From an uncultured Candidatus Saccharibacteria bacterium (lineage in GTDB: Bacteria; Patescibacteriota; Minisyncoccia; Minisyncoccales; CG1-02-41-26), in contig CAZYWT010000002.1 in assembly GCA_964651635.1 (NCBI GenBank), positions 1-48,643 on the forward strand: DNA of 48,643 bases, in the 5' to 3' direction. A program made the position numbers and the translations under genes. Shown here one piece after another: positions 8,693 to 15,706 of this stretch (positions within the stretch are counted from its first letter, which is position 1; every line of letters begins with the position of its first letter). Below the pieces are notes generated by a model. That model worked only from the letters and a program-made list of their open reading frames with translations, ran no database searches and was not told the DNA's origin.

Positions 8693-9985
8693 ATGGAAAA
8701 AATAACGGGACAAATAAATATATCGCCGGAAATACTGGGTATTTTTAAAAAAGAAAATAATATGGAGAAGTTAAGGATTAAAATTGAGGAAAATAAAAAG
8801 GAAGATACTACCAAAATTTTATCAATTATCCTAATCGGCAGCGTTAAATTGGGGGCTTCCGATATCCATTTGGAGCCAAAAGAAGAGGGCGGCGCTCTTT
8901 TTAGATTAAGAATTGACGGAATACTCCGCGACATAATGACAATAGAGCCCAGAGTGTATAAATTGCTTCTTTCTCGAATAAAACTTCTCTCGGAGATGAA
9001 ATTAAATATAACAAGCAAGTCTCAAGATGGAAGATTTTCTATTTTAGACAATGATAAAAATATAGAAATAAGAAGTTCTATCCTCCCCTCCGAATATGGA
9101 GAATCAATAGTAATCAGAATTTTAGACCCGGATAATTTAATAGAAATAGAAGATTTAGGCATAAGAGAAGAAATAATCTCGGTGTTTAAGAAACAGATAA
9201 AACAACCAAATGGAATGCTCATACTCACCGGCCCCACGGGAAGCGGAAAAACAACCACCCTCTACGCCATATTAAAAAGAATCCGTTCTTCGGAAATTAA
9301 AATAATAACAATAGAAGACCCAATTGAATATCATCTGCAAGGAATATCGCAAACCCAAGTAAACCCAAAAAAGGGATATGATTTTGCGGGAGGGCTTCGC
9401 TCTATTGTCCGCCAAGACCCCGATGTAATACTGGTGGGAGAAATAAGAGACGCGGAAACGGCGAATATCGCTCTTCAGGCCTCTCTTACCGGACATCTTG
9501 TCCTAACAACCTTGCACACAAACGACGCCGCCGGAACAATTGTCCGATTACAGGCGTTAGGCGCCGCTCTGGCTAATATTGCTCCCGCCATAAATATAGC
9601 AATAGGACAACGACTTGTCCGTAAAGTATGTCCGGAATGCGCCGCCTTTGAAAAGCCAAGTAGGGAGGATTTGGAGCAAATAAAGAAAGAGTTGGTAAAT
9701 ATAAATAAAAAAACGGAAATTCCCAAGATAGAAAAAATCCCCCGAGCGCGAGGTTGCCCTAAATGTAACGGCGCGGGATATAAAGGAAGAACGGGTATAT
9801 TTGAATTTTTTCTAAACAGTCCCGAAATGGAGAATTTTATATTAGAAGGACCTTCTATTTCCGAACTTCGAAAAAAATCCCGCGAAATGGGGGATCTTTC
9901 CTTGAGACAAGATGGTTTTATAAAGGTCATAAAGGGGGACACAACCGTTGAAGAAATAAATAGAGTAACAAAAGAGAATATTTAG
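8693..9985 (+). CDS. GspE/PilB-family secretion or type IV pilus assembly ATPase (short form)
   Basis: Walker A LTGPTGSGKTTT, Asp box, Walker B RQDPDVILVGEIRD and His box LVLTTLHTNDA are present. A tetracysteine motif reads CPECAAF...CPKCNGAGYKGRTGIFE. Confidence 0.9.
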   Translation: MEKITGQINISPEILGIFKKENNMEKLRIKIEENKKEDTTKILSIILIGSVKLGASDIHLEPKEEGGALFRLRIDGILRDIMTIEPRVYKLLLSRIKLLSEMKLNITSKSQDGRFSILDNDKNIEIRSSILPSEYGESIVIRILDPDNLIEIEDLGIREEIISVFKKQIKQPNGMLILTGPTGSGKTTTLYAILKRIRSSEIKIITIEDPIEYHLQGISQTQVNPKKGYDFAGGLRSIVRQDPDVILVGEIRDAETANIALQASLTGHLVLTTLHTNDAAGTIVRLQALGAALANIAPAINIAIGQRLVRKVCPECAAFEKPSREDLEQIKKELVNINKKTEIPKIEKIPRARGCPKCNGAGYKGRTGIFEFFLNSPEMENFILEGPSISELRKKSREMGDLSLRQDGFIKVIKGDTTVEEINRVTKENI

Positions 9986-10156
9986 CGCTCACCCTTAATA
10001 AAAAAAAACAACCCGAAGTTATTTCCATCCCAACAAAAAGGAAGTAGAAACGGAATTACTTTTGGGAGAACCCAAGCCGAAGCTTAGGTATCCATTCAAA
10101 AATAATCCCTCTTAACTTCAGGTTGTCAGTTTTAATTGTAATATATTTATACATAA

Positions 10157-11176
10157 ATGTCAAGGGCTTTACCGGACAATTCGGACAAAATAAAAAGAGA
10201 GAGGGATTTAGATAGGACATTGCGTCCAAAGCAATGGGACAATTATATAGGACAAGAAAAAATTAAAAAAAATCTTCAAGTAATTATAGAAGCGGCGGAA
10301 AAAAGAGGAGATACGGTGGAACATCTTCTTTTTTACGGGAATCCGGGATTGGGGAAAACTACGCTCGCCTACATAATAAGCGCGGAGTCCAACCGCCCCA
10401 TAAAAACAATAACCGGCCCCGCCATAGAAAAACCGGGCGATTTAGCGGCTATTTTATCTAATTTAGAAGAAAATTCCATTTTGTTTTTAGATGAAATCCA
10501 TAGAATACCTAAGATAGTGGAAGAATATCTTTACCCGGCTATGGAAAGTTTTTTCTTAAATTTAATCGTGGGCAAAGGACCAATGGCTAAAACATTAGAC
10601 CTGCATCTGCCTAAATTTACGCTAATCGGCGCCACTACTCGGTTGGCGTCTTTGTCGGGGCCTTTAAGGTCTCGCTTTGGAGCTATATTTGGATTAAATT
10701 TTTATAAAAAAAGAGAAATAATAAAAATAATAGAGAGAGCGGCTTTACTTTTGGATGTTGAAATAAACAAAAACGCCATAAATTTAATAGCGGATTGCGC
10801 TCGTTCTACTCCCCGAAAAGCCAACCACTTATTAAAGCGAGTTAGGGACTTTGCTCAAGTGGATAATATGAAAAAGATAGACGAAAAAATCACAAAAAAA
10901 GCGCTGCAATCATTAGAAATAGACAAACAGGGGCTCACCGAGTCCGACAGAAAGATATTGGAAGTTGTTATAAAAAAGTTTCAGGGAGGTCCCGTCGGGC
11001 TTCAAGCCCTTTCAGCCGCCAGCGGAGAAGAGCAAGACGCCATTTTAGATATTTACGAACCGTATTTAATGCAACTTGGGCTTATAGAGAGAACGCCCCG
11101 CGGCAGAGTAGCGACGCAAGCCGCTTATAAACATTTGTCTTTTCATCCCCATAGTCGGGGCGGTTTACAAATATGA
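10157..11176 (+). CDS. ruvB: Holliday junction branch migration ATPase RuvB
   Basis: LRPKQWDNYIGQEKIK, Walker A GNPGLGKTTLA, Walker B LFLDEIHR and the C-terminal winged helix LIERTPRGRVAT are present. Confidence 0.95.
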   Translation: MSRALPDNSDKIKRERDLDRTLRPKQWDNYIGQEKIKKNLQVIIEAAEKRGDTVEHLLFYGNPGLGKTTLAYIISAESNRPIKTITGPAIEKPGDLAAILSNLEENSILFLDEIHRIPKIVEEYLYPAMESFFLNLIVGKGPMAKTLDLHLPKFTLIGATTRLASLSGPLRSRFGAIFGLNFYKKREIIKIIERAALLLDVEINKNAINLIADCARSTPRKANHLLKRVRDFAQVDNMKKIDEKITKKALQSLEIDKQGLTESDRKILEVVIKKFQGGPVGLQALSAASGEEQDAILDIYEPYLMQLGLIERTPRGRVATQAAYKHLSFHPHSRGGLQI

Positions 11177-11838
11177 GAAAGTTTTTAGCCCCGTTTTTTT
11201 CTTTAATCTGTTTAATGTTATTTGTACTCCCCGGCAAATTTTCGGCTTGTGTTATGATAAATGAAATATGTTGGATGGGAGATAACGAATCTTACGGAAA
11301 CGAATGGATAGAGTTAAAAAACAATTGCTCCTACCCGGTTAATTTAGACGGCTGGAATCTTTACTCGGAGGATAAAATCCCCGATATTTTTCTCTCCGGG
11401 ACAATAGGCGGCAATAAATATTTTTTATTAGAAAGAACCGACGACAACTCCGCCAAAGAAGCAAGGGCGGATATAATCTACACGGGAGGATTAAACAATA
11501 GCGGAGAGAATTTGTTCTTAAAAAATAAAGATGGAGAAGAGATAGATAGAATTATGAAGGAAAAAAATGGGTGGCAAGCGGGAGACAATATCTTAAAAAT
11601 GACGATGGAAAGAGACGGGAATGGGTGGCATACAAGTAAAAACCCCGGCGGAACCCCAAAAAGAAACAACTCTCCCGGAATAATAATAAAAAAACAAGAA
11701 AAAAACGAGGACGAAGAAAATGAAAAAGTAAAAAATAAAAGCGGAGGAATTGTTAATATCCCTTTTTCGTTTTTATCCGCCGCGGCGATAGCCGCTTTAT
11801 TCTCGGGAACATTTTTTGTTATAAAAAAAAGGTTATAA
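11173..11838 (+). CDS. Secreted or membrane-anchored lamin-tail-domain (LTD) protein
   Basis: It has an N-terminal signal or TM segment. The LTD signature reads INEICWMG...NEWIELKN...VNLDGWNL...FLLER...LNNSGENLFLKNKDGEEID. There is a C-terminal TM helix. The start overlaps the ruvB stop (ATGA). Confidence 0.7.
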   Translation: MRKFLAPFFSLICLMLFVLPGKFSACVMINEICWMGDNESYGNEWIELKNNCSYPVNLDGWNLYSEDKIPDIFLSGTIGGNKYFLLERTDDNSAKEARADIIYTGGLNNSGENLFLKNKDGEEIDRIMKEKNGWQAGDNILKMTMERDGNGWHTSKNPGGTPKRNNSPGIIIKKQEKNEDEENEKVKNKSGGIVNIPFSFLSAAAIAALFSGTFFVIKKRL

Positions 11839-12058
11839 AAAATTGTTTTATTCTGCTTTTTTTGTATAATAACATTATTACGGTTCAAAAAACGGAAAAT
11901 ATAACAAAAAAATATAAAGAAAAGGATATAGAAAAAATACCCCGCGAACTTAAGAATATAATGATTGAAACAAAAAATAGCAAAGAAAAGAAAGATTCTA
12001 CCCGACTAATTTATGAATTAAGATATGGTAATTAGTTTAAATTATAAAGCGCTTTATT

Positions 12059-12547
12059 GTGGCAGACAGCAGTTTTGTGGTAACGGCAATGGATAGGAGA
12101 GATAGATTTCATAGGAATGCTGTTTTTGTTTTCAAAAAAATATTAGAAAATAAAAACAAAATCAAGATTTTAATCCCGCCTTTGGGTATTTACAAAATTA
12201 TAGTATCATTAAATAAAAAGGGGATGAAAAGCGATTTTGTGGAGCAAAAGATATTAAGGTTGTTAAACATAAATGAAATAATAGTTAATTCTATCTCTGA
12301 AAGTCCCGCGTTCAAGCATTGCCGAGAATTGCTTAAAAAGAGTGATGATGGTGTATTTTTAAGAACCGCGGATTTTTTCATAGCAAGTATAGGAACTGAC
12401 TATAACGCTCAAATTCTCACTTTTGATAAAAAAATTGTGAAAAGAATAAAACCCTTTTATAAAAAAATTTATTATTGTTCTAATATTGGGAAAATGAAAG
12501 ATGAAACAGAAGATTTTCTACAAAATTTCAAGGGAGCAATAGGGTAA
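12059..12547 (+). CDS. PIN-domain protein (VapC-like), GTG start
   Basis: N-terminal VADSSFVV carries the first acidic PIN residue. DFFIASIG...AQILTFDKK carries the later acidic residues. Length is 162 aa. This is a pattern-only call. Confidence 0.5.
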   Translation: MADSSFVVTAMDRRDRFHRNAVFVFKKILENKNKIKILIPPLGIYKIIVSLNKKGMKSDFVEQKILRLLNINEIIVNSISESPAFKHCRELLKKSDDGVFLRTADFFIASIGTDYNAQILTFDKKIVKRIKPFYKKIYYCSNIGKMKDETEDFLQNFKGAIG

Positions 12548-12569
12548 AAAGGGTAAATAACAATCAACT

Positions 12570-13292
12570 ATGTCGGGACATTCTCATTTTTCAACAATTA
12601 AACATAAAAAAGCGACCGAAGACGCTAAAAAGGGCAGGATGTTTTCTAAAATCTCTAAAATGCTCTCTTTGGCGGCTTGTGGTGGAGGAGGAGACCCGGA
12701 GAAAAATATTAAACTAAAACAAGCAATTTTGGAAGCAAAAAAAGCCAATATGCCTAAAAGCAATATAGAGCGAGCCATAAAGTCGGGAATGGGAGAAATA
12801 GAGGGAAAATCCTTTGAGGAAATTAGGATTGAATCCCTCGGACCAGAGAGGGTTAATATTATAATGGAGGGAATAACGGACAATAAAAATAGAACACTTT
12901 TAGAAATAAAGCAAATCCTCCAGAAGTATGGAGGAAAAATTGCCAGCGAGGGGGCGGTTGCTTGGCAATTTGAACAAAAGGGAATAATCGCAACCGAAAA
13001 AAATTTGGATGAGGATTTAGAATTAAAAATAATTGAAGCGGGAGCGGAAGATATAAAAAAGAGAGAGCAAATCACGGAAATAATTACTCCGCCAACGGAG
13101 TTAAATGCTATGGAAGAAAAGTTAAAAAGATTTTTAGATATCAAAAATTCTCGTTTAGGGTGGCTGCCAAAATCAACTATATTCGTGAAAAGAGATAGAG
13201 AAAAAATAAATGAATTATTGTTAGAATTAGAAGATAGTGAATCTATAAATGAGGTTTATACAAATATAGATTATGAAGATATTGGGAGTTGA
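12570..13292 (+). CDS. yebC: YebC/PmpR-family transcriptional regulator
   Basis: The N-terminus MSGHSHFSTIKHKKATEDAKKGRMFSK is characteristic. KANMPKSNIERAIK and ESINEVYTN are also present. Confidence 0.92.
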   Translation: MSGHSHFSTIKHKKATEDAKKGRMFSKISKMLSLAACGGGGDPEKNIKLKQAILEAKKANMPKSNIERAIKSGMGEIEGKSFEEIRIESLGPERVNIIMEGITDNKNRTLLEIKQILQKYGGKIASEGAVAWQFEQKGIIATEKNLDEDLELKIIEAGAEDIKKREQITEIITPPTELNAMEEKLKRFLDIKNSRLGWLPKSTIFVKRDREKINELLLELEDSESINEVYTNIDYEDIGS

Positions 13293-13749
13293 CCCCGGGA
13301 CCGCCACAACCGGGTATGGAATAATAAAAAAAGAGAAGAACGGTTTTGTTTGTTTGGACTATGGAATAATCGCAACAAATCCCAAACATCGCCAAGAAAA
13401 GCGGCTAAAAGAAATATATATAAAATTGGGATGTGTAATAAAAAAATATAAACCCGATTTAATGTCGGTGGAAAAATTATATTTTTTTAAGAATCCCAAA
13501 ACCGCCCTGCCGGTAAGCGAAGCAAGAGGGATTATAATTCTTTTGGGCGCCCAACATAATGTTCCGGTAAAAGAAATAACCCCACTACAAGTAAAAATGG
13601 GAGTGTGCGGATATGGAAAAGCCACCAAAAAACAAGTGCAAGAAATAGTAAAAAAGGTATTAAAATTAAAAGAAACGCCAAAACCGGACGACGCGGCCGA
13701 CGCTTTGGCGGCGGCTTATTGCGTCACCAATAAGATATTTTGGGAATAA
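13273..13749 (+). CDS. ruvC: Crossover junction endodeoxyribonuclease RuvC
   Basis: MKILGVDPGTATTGYGII, VEKLYFFKNPKTAL and PDDAADALAAAYC carry the catalytic acidic residues. It overlaps the yebC end by 20 nt. Confidence 0.92.
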   Translation: MKILGVDPGTATTGYGIIKKEKNGFVCLDYGIIATNPKHRQEKRLKEIYIKLGCVIKKYKPDLMSVEKLYFFKNPKTALPVSEARGIIILLGAQHNVPVKEITPLQVKMGVCGYGKATKKQVQEIVKKVLKLKETPKPDDAADALAAAYCVTNKIFWE

Positions 13750-13807
13750 AATTTTAGCAAGTATTCCTTCAATGCGAACCATTAAGTTGTCAACAGGTTA
13801 GCTACCT

Positions 13808-14446
13808 GTCAAATCAAATAACTATCTGACCGAAACGCCTTTGGTTAAATCAGAAACTTTCTGACCGAAATTTTGTTTTAAATCGACCTTTGAAACATCG
13901 CCGCTACGCTTCTCTTGCTTTCTTTTGTAATCTTGATGAAGAAGATTAAGCTTTTTATCAATTCTTCTCTTAATCTCGGCAGGATTCAGAGAATTGTAGA
14001 CCCTTCTAATCTCCCGCTTTGTTTTCTCCGGCGCTTCAGGAGAGTTCAGAATACCTTGACAAGGCGTTACGGGGTCATGATATCTTCTGCGCCTTTTCCT
14101 TTTAATTCTCACATATTCCTTAATTTTCATCTCTGGTTTTGTGTCCAGATTACTCTTAGGATTAATCTTTTCTAACAGATACTTACGATTAATCCCTGTA
14201 TTCTTTTGAGCATCATCAAGGAGACGGCTCTGTTCCTTTGTATCTTTGTCCACCCGGGCTTTCTAATAGGCCGGGCGAATGATATTGTGTAAATACTCAT
14301 TGCGCGATTCCATAGATATGATATGATTTTTCATAGTAGAGTAGGTTATTATTATTCTATTTCGACTTACTCTACTCTAATATATTTCGGTCAGTTCGCA
14401 AATGATTTAACCGGTTGTATCTTGGTCAGATTTTAGGTGATTTGAC
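13808..14446. mobile_element. Decayed, internally deleted IS element bounded by ~64-bp imperfect inverted repeats
   Basis: The left repeat is 13808-13871 (GTCAAATCA..TCTGACC..GGTTAAATCA..CTGACCGAAAT). The right repeat is 14384-14446, its reverse complement with the same four conserved blocks. The element encloses a transposase remnant. Confidence 0.65.
13822..14334 (-). pseudogene. Transposase remnant (N-terminal HTH-like part and C-terminal tail; catalytic core missing) with an in-frame TAG
   Basis: The minus-strand reading from ATG 14334 gives MKNHIISMESRNEYLHNIIRPAY*KARVDKDTKEQSRLLDDAQKNTGINRKYLLEKIN... The TAG is at 14263-14265. The tail is ...TPCQGILNSPEAPEKTKREIRRVYNSLNPAEIKRRIDKKL. 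About 170 aa in total is far too short for a DDE enzyme. Confidence 0.5.
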
Positions 14447-14798
14447 GCGGAAATTTGACTGGAACGACAGTTTATATGAAGACATATAGTTTTTAACACT
14501 TGACGACAAGGGATAACTTGGAGAAGAAATAACGGTTGATATTCTTAGAAATTCTAATTGTAGGGTTGATTATGATAAGGGCGTTACAAAAGAAACAAAA
14601 CTTGCTACGATTACGGTTGGAAATAGGGGTTTTTAATATGAAAATCTACATCCTCAAAGAAACTTTGATGGAATACTATTTATTGATATTACTCCCGATG
14701 AAATATACCTTACGGCGGTATGTAAAAAAGATGTTCTCTGGAAAAAAATACACAGAAGGGAAAGCGATATTTATAAGCGCGATTTCACCATAAAACAC

Positions 14799-15281
14799 AT
14801 AAAAAATAATAATCATTAAGAATATTGGGGGGTTGTGTTTCTAATATCTTTTCAAAAAAACAGAGAGGATAATAGTAAAAATTAATGGAAGAATATAAAA
14901 AATAGATAAAAATATAAACTGATTATAAAAGGGTTTGGAAAGAGATTTCTGAGCAAGAAGAGAATATTGCCGGGTTAAAAGTCCATACCGCCCATAATTA
15001 AAATGTTATCCTATATAAGTGGTTAGAAAAAAATTGCAAATAAAATAATTCAAAAATATGTCTGAATAAAAAATAATAATCATTAAGAATATTGGGGGGT
15101 TGTGTTTCTAATATCTTTTCAAAAAAACAGAGAGGATAATAGTAAAAATTAATGGAAGAATATAAAAAATAGATAAAAATATAAACTGATTATAAAAGGG
15201 TTTGGAAAGAGATTTCTGAGCAAGAAGAGAATATTGCCGGGTTAAAAGTCCATACCGCCCATAATTAAAATGTTATCCTAT
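14799..15281. repeat. Direct duplication of a 216-bp non-coding unit (14799-15014 and 15066-15281) separated by 51 bp
   Basis: The copies were compared base by base at an offset of 267 bp. They appear identical from TAAAAAATAATAATCATTAAG to AAATGTTATCCTAT. Confidence 0.9.
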
Positions 15282-15325
15282 TGCTAAAACTTTGTTGTCT
15301 TTCTTTTATTATACACTCAATCCTC

Positions 15326-15353
15326 TTGACAACAAAGAGACTTAATATATAAT
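15326..15353 (+). promoter_or_regulatory. Near-consensus sigma-70-type promoter TTGACA-N16-TATAAT
   Basis: TTGACA lies at 15326-15331 and TATAAT at 15348-15353. The promoter sits about 60 nt upstream of the ATG at 15412. Confidence 0.6.
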
Positions 15354-15411
15354 TTTGCTATGAAATACAAGAATAAAAGGTCGGGGATTTTTGAAATTAA
15401 ATTATTAAATT

Positions 15412-15636
15412 ATGGCAATAAATTATCTATACCTTCAAGACGATGAAGACTTTTTAGGCGCAGATTCTGAAGAGGAAGAAGAAGAGGACGAGGACGAGGG
15501 AGAAGAGGATGAGGAGGAGGAGGAAGAAGAGGACGAGGATGAGGGAGAAGAGGATGAGGAGGAGGAAGAAGAGGACGAGGAGGAGGAAGAAGAGGACGAG
15601 GAGGAGGAAGAAGAGGACGAAGAGGAGGAAGAATAA
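15412..15636 (+). CDS. Possible 74-aa hyper-acidic (poly-Glu/Asp) peptide encoded on a GAR tandem repeat; coding status uncertain
   Basis: The ORF starts MAINYLYLQDDEDFLGADSEEEEEEDEDEGEEDEEEE... The DNA is a tandem array of 21-nt and roughly 45-48-nt GAA/GAG/GAC units, and all frames stay open. No clear Shine-Dalgarno sequence is present. Confidence 0.3.
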   Translation: MAINYLYLQDDEDFLGADSEEEEEEDEDEGEEDEEEEEEEDEDEGEEDEEEEEEDEEEEEEDEEEEEEDEEEEE

Positions 15637-15651
15637 GATTCTCGGATTTTT

Positions 15652-15680
15652 CAAAACCCCGACAAATTATCGGGGTTTTG
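15652..15680 (+). terminator. Hairpin CAAAACCCCGA-caaatta-TCGGGGTTTTG between the acidic ORF and the PBP gene
   Basis: An 11-bp perfect stem ends in GGGGTTTT. It could be an intrinsic terminator or attenuator. No long U-tract follows the stem. Confidence 0.4.
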
Positions 15681-15706
15681 AAAAAACATCTCTTTTTTGT
15701 TTTTTA

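Noticed and set aside
7626-9018. Minus-strand ORFs 7626-7916, 7862-8044, 8250-8585 and 8458-9018
   Set aside because: They overlap tsaE, the DHH-like gene or the pilB-like gene on the opposite strand. Their sequences are low-complexity and hydrophobic or basic, so they are likely spurious.
12584-13144. 186-aa minus-strand ORF opposite yebC, and the similar 9475-9942 ORF opposite the pilB-like gene
   Set aside because: They are antisense shadows of well-supported conserved genes, and their Ser/Ile/Phe-rich composition is not protein-like.
14536-14793. 85-aa ORF listed in the track
   Set aside because: It has a TTG start and an odd composition (MIFLEILIVGLIMIRALQKKQNLLRLRLE...). A different frame over the same DNA looks more protein-like but carries a stop. 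The region is best treated as decayed or non-coding.
15454-15654. 66-aa Leu/Phe-rich minus-strand ORF
   Set aside because: It is the antisense reading of the same GAR repeat. Its low complexity is an artefact of the repeat.
15509-15706. Arg/Lys-rich 66-aa N-terminal extension of the PBP ORF (MRRRRKKRTRM...)
   Set aside because: It is the +2 frame of the GAR tandem repeat and has no start context. The PBP has a canonical beginning at the Met at 15707 (MSIRKNNKKFF plus a TM helix).
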